Origin: Orbicella franksi
Lineage: Eukaryota
NCBI GenBank assembly: GCA_964199315.1
Contig: OZ116699.1
Coordinates: forward strand, 31,062,001 to 31,126,000
Length of the DNA: 64,000 nucleotides
Reading direction: 5' to 3'
Position numbers and translations under genes: made by a program. This document shows, one piece after another, positions 24,210 through 35,200 of this stretch (positions within the stretch are counted from its first letter, which is position 1; the number at the start of each line of letters is the position of its first letter). The notes beneath the pieces were generated by a model that did not search any database, was not told the origin of the DNA, and saw nothing but the letters and a program-made list of their open reading frames with translations.

Positions 24210-26888
24210 CACAATTATCCGCTGACTGGATGCACGAATGCGGACTAATGCGCGTTAAATGAAATGCCCAAGGTTTGCGAATGCATCGGTAGGTAGGAAA
24301 ATAATTAATGGAAATATTACGCTGATTGTCAAATTGCGTAATGTTTAATCTTGGAAACTTTTATCACGTCCATGTGATATTAATCATGGAGTTTGTTTTC
24401 AAACCTGGTATTTCATATCAAAAGGTATACCAAAAGGTATTATTTCAACTTTTTAAAATTGTTCTTCCCAAGACTTGATTTTCCACTGCAAAACTTGTAT
24501 GTATACTGAAAACTCGAGTGACTGAAAACTTAAGTTTCTTTTCCTTTTCTTTTCTCATCTAAATTTTGTAGTTATACTTTAGTTTGTAGGTCCACACCAG
24601 TTTTTTAGTTGCCATTTAATTACCTACATGACAAAGAAAGTATTGTCTTTCTGTCTTTCTGTCTGTCTGTCTGTCTGTCAGACATTGCATTATTGGTATT
24701 TATTGCGCCGAGTGCACTATTGGGATGATCCAGTGGGCTGGCGATGAAGGGGCTGGAGTGGGTTGGGGCAGGTACCTGTTTGTACGGCGTAAAAAGTGTT
24801 GTACATTTTTTGTCAGAAGACCCCTAGTTCTCTTTGTGTTACTATTCTTTGAAGAACAAAAGCAATTTGCTCTTTACGCGCGCTCAGTTAAGTGGACTAC
24901 AGACTACAGACTACGATATCGACTACAGACGAAGTAAACGACACATTTCTCGCGAACGCTGTCTGCTTTTCCTTGTGGTAGGACCATACGTTTGAGAATG
25001 GCACGGTTAAGGTGATACGCTTTGCTCCCGTTTCCAGAACCACACAGAGTGATGCTCTGATAAGTTATTTTTGTACCTTGAATAAACTTAAAACATAAAA
25101 CCTTCACACTACTTGTCCTTTCATTTTCTGTTCATATTCTCCACAGGAAAAAGCCCAGGCTGACTACCGATGCCAATACAAATTTGGACTGAGCACAGGT
25201 TGGGACTGCACATTGCACTCTGCATTACCTGAGATTATCTCACGGCACTAGTTGATCATGAAGTCACCGTTCATACGCAGGCAGTCACGTTAATTCAAAT
25301 CTTCCTTGCAGCTCCAATGAAAAGCTGTAATGACTGTACAACGCTGGTAAAACAAGCGGTGGTGTTTATACAATAGACCCTGATGGTTCAGACGGTTGAG
25401 GGTGCACTGTGTTCCAGAAGAGGATAGACGGCTCCGTTGATTTCTACCGCGGCTGGGCCGATTGTGAGAACGACTTTGGTAACCTGAATGGCGAGTTTTG
25501 GCTGGGACTGGACAAGATACACCGCCTGACCAACAGTGATACTTTCAAGCTTCGAGTGGAATTAGAGAATTGGCAGGGAGAGACCAGATTTGCCGAGTAC
25601 GACATGTTTGTAATTGAGGATGAAGCATCTAAGTGCATTCTTAGTCTCGGATCATATTCAGGTACATCCTACAAGTTATGAAGCTACAGCCGGGATCTAA
25701 TTTTGCAGCCTCTTCTCGTGCACCGCTAATGAACATTAACTAACTTAAATCAGTCTATAAACGGTGTTTGTTTATTTGTTCGTTTCCTTTTGAAGAACGA
25801 ACGAGTTTGGCTCGTTGTGAAGATCGGAGTGATACCATTAAAGGAGCTTAGTCAGGGCACATACGCGGTTATTTTTGCAACGCAAAAAATTAACTTCAGT
25901 TTCAAGGAAACTTGAAAATAGTAGTTACGAAGATATAAAGAAAATTAGTATAGGTAATCATACGGTTCCGAGTTCAATTTGGAATTAATTTGCACGAGTG
26001 AGTTTTTCAAAAAGCTGAAATTGCACGAGCCAGCCGATCAGCCGATCAGAATCGAGTAATTTTTTCATGCATATTATTGAAGAGATAATAATAAACCATT
26101 AAGGAACGTGTACGGTTTAGGATGGTGAAGCTTAACACGGATTACAAACCTCAAACTTGAAATATTTAGGCTAAACTTTTCAAGCAGCACAAATGACTTA
26201 GCTCCTTTAAAGGACCCTAGTCAGCCTCAGCCATTTTCGATGTAATGGAAGTTATTGATATTGCTTTACTGTAAGTTGTGTTCCTGAAAGTATATTTAAT
26301 TATCCTTAGTAGTTTCACACTGATTTCCTTCGTTTCGACATGCTCCGAATAAAATATAATAGCCAAACTCTCGCATGTAAACAAAAAGAAAGGTGTGGCT
26401 GACTAGGGCGCTTAAAAAGCGTAAAGCAACAAGACAATTCCACATATTCCACGAGCGCGCGTTGGATATGAGATAAGCAGCCACCGAAGCGCGTTGCGCC
26501 GAGTTGGCTCAGTAATCATCCCATATCCAACAAGCGCGAGTGGAATACTAGCAGCTTTTTACTAAACACGAAACATACTTTTATTTCTAAATCCTCATCT
26601 ATCTTCGCGATTGTCTGCTTTTCAGGACTGGCTGGTGATTCTCTTTCTACTCATAGTGGTAAACGCTTTAGCACCAAAGATCAGGATAATGACAGCAGCA
26701 GCAGAGACTGTGCTGCGGAGTTTAAAGGAGCCTGGTGGTACAAGTCATGTCGTCAGTCCAACCTGAACGGTTTGTATCATCACGGCGGACACTCTTCAGT
26801 TGGTGATGATGTCAGCTGGTATCACTGGAAAGGACCTAATTACCCCATGAAGCGAGCCGAAATGAAGATCAGACCAGTTATCCTCTAA
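24210..26888 (+). pseudogene. FReD copy 3 pseudogene
   Basis: Exon 1 is absent although intron 1 sequence is present from ~22715. Exon 2 (from 24210) has TAA at 24246-24248. FReD exon A (25312-25661) has a 1-nt deletion and a 33-nt deletion (350 vs 384 nt). The last exon 26626-26888 is still open. Confidence 0.85.
24648..24682. repeat. (TCTT)/(TCTG)n microsatellite
   Basis: Read directly from the sequence. Confidence 0.85.
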
Positions 26889-27724
26889 AACTGGGGCGTT
26901 ATTGGTTTGCCTCGCACAATGAGTGACTTTATTGTCGCTCAGTTTTATAATATTTGACTCACTGTACCGCCTTGAAATATTAAAAGCTGCTTCAAGAGGC
27001 TAGATAGCAAACTTGTTAGCCTGACGATACCCTTCTTCGAAAGTGCAGTTAGCGGACACCTATTTAACTCTGGTAACCAAAATCATGATACATATGAAAA
27101 AAGGTTTGATCTTCACAACAAGGACCGAAAGAAACAAAGGTTATTGCACCGAAATATTAAATGTCTCATGCATCAACCGACCCAACTCCCATTCCCAAAA
27201 GAAGACAATGGATGTATCTCCGATTCACTATGCATTTAAACTTTTGTGTTCCCCGCGGCTATTTTCTCGAACCTTTTGTAAATGGTCTTCTCTGGGTTTC
27301 CTGGTCCAGTTCTATCCCCTCCCTCTATAGAGGACCAGAATTGGTCTATTGGTTCCCAAGCATCCTTAATCATCACTACCCAGGCCTCTCAGGCCTGATC
27401 ACGACCTAGCTGGCGTTGGGACGAGCAAGTTTCAAACCAGTTTCTAGCAGAGAGAGACGCCCAAAGTGTAAAATTGAGTTCGTAGGAGATCATACTTAAA
27501 GTTGTCAAATGCCTTCGAGATGTCTATTGAAAGCACAATCAACAACATCTTAGTCTCGTCCGAGGTATAACTCCTCAAAAAAGACCTCAAAGACAAGTCC
27601 CAACGTACACTACGTTTCTATTTTAATATCTCTCTGAAAGTTGCATATCTTTCCACCTGACAAATATAGTTAAGAACTAAAAATAGCAGCTACATTTAAG
27701 GTCCAGCGGGGCCCTCGCTCGTTA

Positions 27725-28018
27725 GGGACGGACCATTATTTTTTGAGGGGGGAGGGTTCGGCGATTTCGAAAAAGTTCCTGCACAGTACAACTGGAAAAA
27801 AATCGTGCAAGGGAAGCCATGGGGAAAAAATCAAGAACAAGCATTCTACTATTCAGGTCCTGTTTTTGACGTTAAAGAAAAATTGTTGCACAAGCTATTG
27901 CCCACCAAAAAAACAATCATATACAGCTTAAAGGTGCCAAAAAAAATCATGCCCCCAAAAATTGCCTACCCCGCCCCCCCCCCCTTAAAAAAAAAAACAA
28001 AACAAAATGGTCCGTCCC
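27725..28018. mobile_element. PIF/Harbinger-type MITE
   Basis: 13-bp TIR GGGACGGACCATT (27725-27737) / AATGGTCCGTCCC (28006-28018), flanked on both sides by TTA. Confidence 0.85.
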
Positions 28019-29279
28019 TTAATAGATTACAGTTATTAAAAAAATATTTCTCATTCTCTGAATTTTTACCATAGATTCCGCTAAAAATTTTCTGTTACAC
28101 TTAAAGGTTGTTGCGTCTTACTGTGAACCGTTGACGAGGATTTTTCAAGGTGTTGTAGTAAACACGGCAGAAAATGCAATTTTGTGTCCAAGTCTTCGGC
28201 TACATTAGAAAGACAGTGAAATACTTAAACGATTACATAATTTAGTGATAAAAGGTAACCTCTATTGTGCTATGACAGAGGTAAATATCACAATTCAGGA
28301 CTTATTGAGGTTTTTGGCATTACAGTAAATGAAGAAATGTGTAAACAAAGTTAACAGAGGGGAATGGTTATGAAACCCAACAAAGTTCTTTGTTGTGTGT
28401 TTTTGTTCGCTTTTTTGGCCTTGACCGTGCACAAAACACCATAGTTGTTTACTACTGACCGAGGAACTAACCAATAGAAACGTGTTGGTTTCCTAATTCA
28501 TGCATAGTGTATGAGCGCAAAACAAAAAATTGTGCACGGTCGTGGACCTTCCACATAAATCTTAGCATCTTTGTTTGCTCCCTTGATGTTTGCCGGGCTT
28601 CATAACCAGTCCCCTCTATTAGCTATGGTGTAAAATTAGATTTTTTGACCATCAGTCATCTCTACGAAGCGTTGTACAAGTGTTGAAAATCCTCCTCTGT
28701 TATGAGACAATAGAATTTACCAAGTTTACCTTCCTCGTGAGTCAATTCCTAAACCTCAAAATCCGCTACAAAACTGCAACTATTCTTGCTTTCCGAACCC
28801 TGGTCACACCCAAGACCATCCGAACCAGTAATAAAGACAACAAAATGTGCTGTTCAAAGCTGTGGACAAGCTACATTCGGGCGTAGGGGCTTCCAAACTG
28901 AGAACAACAATTCATATATACTAATACAAGGAAACAATCTTCTCCTTATCGATCGCTTACCACACGTATTATCAAGAATATTCCGAGTACCCATCAGTCC
29001 TCGAGGTTTGTAAGTTAATACATACATAATGAGAGCAAGAGTCCTACGATTGAATTGTACGTTAACTCGTTTAAATATTTGTGGTATATATGTCCGTTCG
29101 CTAATCCACAGTCGAATTTGAGAAAACAGAAAAATTGACAGAAATCATTCAATTATGGGACCGTGTTCAAGTCGAAGTTCAACATCGTCCGTGACGCCAA
29201 CCGCACGGGATATAAGAAAGAAATAAATATTGACCTGGCACCATTTTCTCCACAGCAGAAACCGCCAGGCGCTGAAGCG

Positions 29280-32200
29280 TTATCTGAGGATAGTCACACA
29301 ATATTTCATCAGTGCATCGTTTAGAAGTCTGTTGTTCGACTTGATTGACAGTTCTAAATCGTCACTACTACAGCTGATGTGCAATAGACATATCCCACAC
29401 TGCATCACGGTACCAGCCAATATAACTTTTGTACCTAAGAAGAAATAGCACTGTGTCATTCAAAGACAAGGCAATCTTATAACAAGAGCCGCTATTATCC
29501 ATATACGCGACCAAATACAAAACGAGCCTCCTGAAAACAGGCGCTGTGCAGACCACAAAGGACTTTCCGTAGGCGGCTGTATTCTCGGACCTGTGGCAGA
29601 TTGATTTAAGACTCAAAGTTTTAAACTGCGCACAGTTTCTCGCTGATCAAAAGGTGGGCGAAGAGAAAAATCAATCTTTTTTAGAACATAAAATAAGAAT
29701 ATAATTCGGATCTAGATTTAGGGAAATGAGTAAGCTACAAGCAAGAGCTCAGGTCGAAAACCCTTGTGTTCAAATTAACAATTCGATGCGAGAATGACCA
29801 GGCTGGGCCACTTTTAGACCCCGTCCAAACTACGCTGGAGAAATTGGAAAACGCTTTATTCTTCCGGCTAGGCCTTCCGTCACGAAAACGCTATTCACAC
29901 CTGAGGAATTTGAAAACGCCGGCTTTGCGTCTTAATGTGGACGGAAAACATTTTGAAAACAAAGCTTTTCGTAAACGATGACGTCACGATAATCACGGTA
30001 TTCCCCTGTCCGAGTTTTACTCAAACACAAATGCAAAATGGCCGGTGATTGTTGCGTTTTCAAATTCCTCTGGTGTAGTGTAGACGGTGCCTTATATTAG
30101 TACTTCTCACCTATTTGTTCGACCGTGTGAAGTCGTAACTGTTCTTCCGCTGTTTCACAGATGTCTTGACAGTTTTTCAGTGAACTTGATAGTCTCTGCT
30201 TCTTTTCAAACGAAGCTTCGGTCCACTTTTGTCCATAGTCTTCCGTGTTTATCGCAAGAGGCCGTAAAATGTCGCTGATGTTCAAAGTGTGATTAAAAAA
30301 CAAATGCTTTGATGTCCTGTTAGGATCTTTGTACGAAATTTTGCCACTAAAGTTCATATGAAGAGCAGGAGATTTGTATTTTAATTCAATTTTGTGCCTC
30401 GCCTATAAAGAAACAACTTGGCGTTAGTATGCTGGGCAACCTGCATGTTCACCACCTTGTCTGTTTGTCAAGATGTTTTGATATTATAAAGAAGGCTTAC
30501 AAGTTGATCTTATATAGTTCAACAATACATGATTCACTGGGAAACCTTATAAAATTACAGCTAAACGTTAGAGGACAAGGGAAAATTATACAATCCGATC
30601 TACAGTGCATCTTTGAACAGTTTATTAGAGCGGTTTTCAATTGAGTGTCACAAAAACCAAACCAAACCAAGTACTTACCAATTAGACTACTCAGCCAATC
30701 CCAAAGCACAGAAAAACCAAAAACGAAACCAAATTAATTGCCTGATTACTTTCGACACTCAACTGAAAACCGCTCTAAGAGGAATTAATAAACAGATAAG
30801 GACACGAAAACAAGCCTTAGGGAAAGCAACAAGAATAAGACGGAATTAGAAATTGAACAAAGGGATGATATTCCTACCCATTCGAGAGGACCAATGGATT
30901 CATCCTGAAGTTTGTTACTTGTCGACGAATCAAAGGAGCCAATCAGATTGGAAGGTGGTTCTAGCACGCTGCTGACGTCATGGATCGGCGCGTTAGCCTG
31001 ATTCTGATTGGTCAGGTAAAGAACAAGAACAAGTTCGAGAGGTTTGAAGACTTTCTGAAGAGTAACACGAAGATTGCTATCGAAACAGAGTTCCACAGCT
31101 TCTGGAGAATGCGGGAAGTCAACCAAGTCTTCCGGTAAAGAAGCAGATGGTGTGCCTGTGAACTCTAATCGGTGAATTCGTTCTGTAATATCTTCGTCCA
31201 GCAAAGTTGTATTCTGAGTAGACCATTATACAAAAAGATACATTATTCTTAGAGACACAACATTCAAAGTCTTAAACGTTTTCACTTTGCAAAGAAATCG
31301 ATTTTTATCTCCAGAAATGTCCAAATTATAACGAACTAAAAAATACCTGGGAAATGACATTTTCCCTTAGTGTGAAATTACATTTTAAATTACTTCTCAA
31401 ACATAATATTTCAAAGAAAAGAGCATCAATTTTATGTCTGAAGACAAGTTTCGAATGTTATTAATCCACCTACAGTTCCAAAGAAGTGAGCACCCTGGAA
31501 GGGTTATCTCTACATCTGAAATGTTAAACTGCTGAATAAAAAGATGGACTTTAAACACTTGTATAAAGTTTTTTCAAGCACTTGCTAGTTAAGATACTAT
31601 TTTGATTTCAAGTGGGAAAAAGTCGCCGCACTGAAATTAGTAACTGAGTTGCACTAACTTTTCCACATAAGAACAATTATCACATAATTAATAGATAACA
31701 CGAACATATTAATTTTATTCGTTGTATTACTTTTTCTGCCTCATGTGCTTTGGCAAACAAAATGGTGAATTGTTGATTGTGACTACACTTCATACACGGG
31801 CAAAATGCGCCGCCTGTCACTTTCATCTTCCACAGATCATCAGATTCCGCGTTCTTGTCCGCCTTTCTTCCCATAATCTACAGGTATTATGTCCATTTTT
31901 ATGTTCTGATTTCCTCAGTATTCCTCAGTTTTATGTTGGAAAATTCAGTAGTTTGTAAAGCCTAAATAAACCTACAAATTATAGTAGATAAGAATCCCAC
32001 TCCGAGATGAACTAGCATTGCATGTGAAACAATAAACCTGGTCGACTATAAGCTAATGTAATTTATGGCGATTGAGTAACAGCGAGTTAGTCAGAAGTTA
32101 TTATTCTGACGGCACGATAGAAGGGATCGCGGGGTGTCATGGGACGTCAAGGGACCATTTAGGCTTTTGGCGGAAGATTCAGGTCATTCTAGGTTAGTCA

Positions 32201-35200
32201 GTCTTCGTGTTCGTCCACCCTTTTGGATTAAGCTTTTGTTTTAACAGCTTGTATAAATGTTTGTATAATGTTCTGGCTTATTGATTTCGCATCCTATCCT
32301 GAGGGTCTCCTGCTGCTTCCACATTTTTGGCCACATCTAAAAGGTGGGTTTTAGTGGTTTTTCTCATCTGGAGTAGCACAGGTTCTAATTGTTAGAAGTA
32401 ATAGCTATAATTATTAGACGGGATACATCTGCATCAGATGACTGACTGACGCATCCTCAATAAACTATTCACATTCAACGTCTCGTGTTAATGTAGTCAG
32501 AATTATTTTCACGGAAAACGGCTAAATAAATAAGAAGATATGCCAAACCTCTTGAGCGTTCCCGTAACCAGCCTCACTTGTGTTCATCACCACAGGAGAA
32601 TCAGAATCAAAAGATTCCCGTGTGCTATTTAACGTTTCATTATCCCTTGGCGGTATTAATTTTGTTGTGTTGTCCAAACGTGAGAGAAGGACATCATTAC
32701 CGGATGAAGCTTTTTCTTCTCCAATACGAGAAGCTTCAGTGCTCTCAAGATCTAGCAAAAGATCCATGTTCGATTTTCCTGCAGACTTTGAAGCTATGCC
32801 TTTTACAGAATGCGATAGATCATCGGCTGATGCAGTCATTCCAGAATTAGCAGCAGTTAACCTTGTTTTCCCAGGGTTTCTAGTTATCCTATTGGCTGCC
32901 AAGTGACCTCTGCCTGCAGATGGACGTTGTTTATCTGTGACACCACTGAAGAGCTGAGTGGCTAGTTGTTGTTTGCGGACGTCTTCTTGATCAGTCACAG
33001 AAGGACTGGTGCTGACCTAGAGTCGCGAACCCGTACACAATTAAATATACTTTAAAATTACAAAAATGTAGAGAATGACGAATGAGAGTAAGACTATACC
33101 TCTCATTAGAATCTTTTCATAAGGTCGTAACTTCTCAGTTCTACTGCTTGTAACTTTCTCGATACACTTGGAATTTAACCGCTCATTGGAAAGGGGAAAA
33201 AAAAAACCCTTTGGCGAAAAAAAAAAAAAAAACAGAAGGCTGCCACATAGATTCTCAGATTCTCTCACCTCAGCTTTCGTTTTAACGACTGTTTGCCTGT
33301 CAGACCCAGAGCTCCGCGATGAGGAATCAGACTTACTACTGGACTCCACTGACCCAGACTGCCCTCGATCCCTTACGTAGCCTCCAGGTCCCCACACGGC
33401 CTTTCCAGAAAAGAGCTTGTTACTAGGAGGCGACACCTCGATGGTCCTTGCATGGGTTCGGCCTTTCACTTTGGTTTCAATATTCTTACGCTCTTTAGCA
33501 GGCTTGGCGGCCTTTGCTTGCTCTTTTATCTCAGGTGCTACAGATGATTCTTGTGGCGGTTTGTTAGAAATTTTCACTGGATTTTCGTAAGGTGTGAACT
33601 TAAGGCTCGGTTGGGAATCTGGAACCTCTGAAAGACAAACGGAAACGTGACGCATTAGGGAGCGTGAATAATTTATTAGCGAGAAATAGAAACGATAACT
33701 TCTACCTTGCTCAATTCTATTTTCAGTACTTTACATTAGCGGGGATGCGCAAGTTTATTACTTATCTGTACAACGGTATTTAACAAAAAGAGAGTTATCG
33801 CCGTTCGTTATTTTCTTCTAGTCAGTCAAGGCAAATAAAGTCTTCTACTAGAACTATTGGACTACAAGACGTTATCAGACAACTGATACATCAAGCTGCC
33901 TAATGTACAAAACTCTCTATCCTACAACTTTATTTTATCATAATGCTATTGCCAGCGAACTACAGACCTTTAACTTTTGTGTCGATCTCTCGCTCTCTCA
34001 TGGGCCTGTATGGAGAAGCTCCATTAGATAGCGCTTCTGATACTAAGTCATCCAAGAAAGACAAGGATTCGTCCACCTGTCAACGCCAAATAAACGCAGA
34101 ACAATACATACATTCCTTTGTTCATTGGATCTGACTCTTCGGGGGTAGTCTGCACAGTTAAAATTCCTGTGAGTGGGAGAGTCTACTAAGGAGAGGTGCC
34201 TACTTACAGAGAGTCTTAAAAAACGAGGTGATTGTAAGTGGCTGGGACGAAGAAACTTCAGAGAGGTGTCCGTTCATGGGAAGTTATGTTGGTATTTTCA
34301 TTTTTGCCTGCGTCCATTTGGGAGAGGTGTCTTCTCATGGTCAGTTATATTGGTAGTTTGGCTGTAACGAAGGCAAGTGACCACTTAAGAGAGATGTCCG
34401 CCTAAGGAAGTCCATTAGCACAGATTTAACAACAGCGAGATGAAAAAAACCAAAGTCTCCGTTTGGAGATGTTAGTTGATTATCACGCTCTTTAAAAGTG
34501 TTGCGTGACGTAATGCTCCGATAGGAATCCTTCGTGACGAACAAGTAAGGGCCGAAAAGGAGACTCAAATGACCTATCGCGGGACAAAAATGAAAAGCGA
34601 CTGAATTGTTTCGAATCCACTCACCTCCAGTTCTTCACAGCAACCATCTAAAGGTAGCACACTTTGCATCAGGAAAACGTTTTGAGAAAGTTCTTGAATT
34701 TCTGAACAACGCTGGGAAAAATATAGCACAAGATAGAGGTCTGCCTTTATTACTTTGGCAATAAACCAAGCATGAAATATAACATGGCATCGGTTGGCAA
34801 ATTCTCACTACTCGGTTACTGACCTGTCTAAGCTCGACATCCGTGCCTGTCACGTGTTCTTCTAACACATTTCTCGTGCCATCATCCAGCTGTCCAATTT
34901 GTGACGTCAGCTTTCCAATAGCAGTCACTATCCAGCCCTTGGTACTGGGATCTAAATAATGACAAACGTTGAAATCAGCCAAGATTACACTGCTACATTA
35001 CATAACAGGAACTCTGTAAGAACATGTATGTAGGAGTGTAGAAAGAGAATTACCTGAGAGGAAGGTGGTTACTCCCACCTTTTTTTTAATAAGAATGTGT
35101 TAAAGTTCCCGTAAACCGTATTTTCTTTTTTTTTTTTTTCACTTTTTCACTCGAATTTACACTGCGCGTAAAAAACCTCTGCGAAAAAAAAACTCACACA

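Noticed and set aside
28680-29013. Short ORFs downstream of AP4E1
   Set aside because: No recognisable domain and no coherent splice structure.
31680-31874. 64-aa ORF with an acceptor-like start as an extra AP4E1 exon
   Set aside because: Exons 19 and 20 join in phase without it, and it has no adaptin similarity that I can see.
34150-34420. Spaced gagaggtgtc motifs as a CRISPR-like array
   Set aside because: Repeats are short, degenerate and irregularly spaced, within a eukaryotic intron; consistent with a decayed interspersed repeat.
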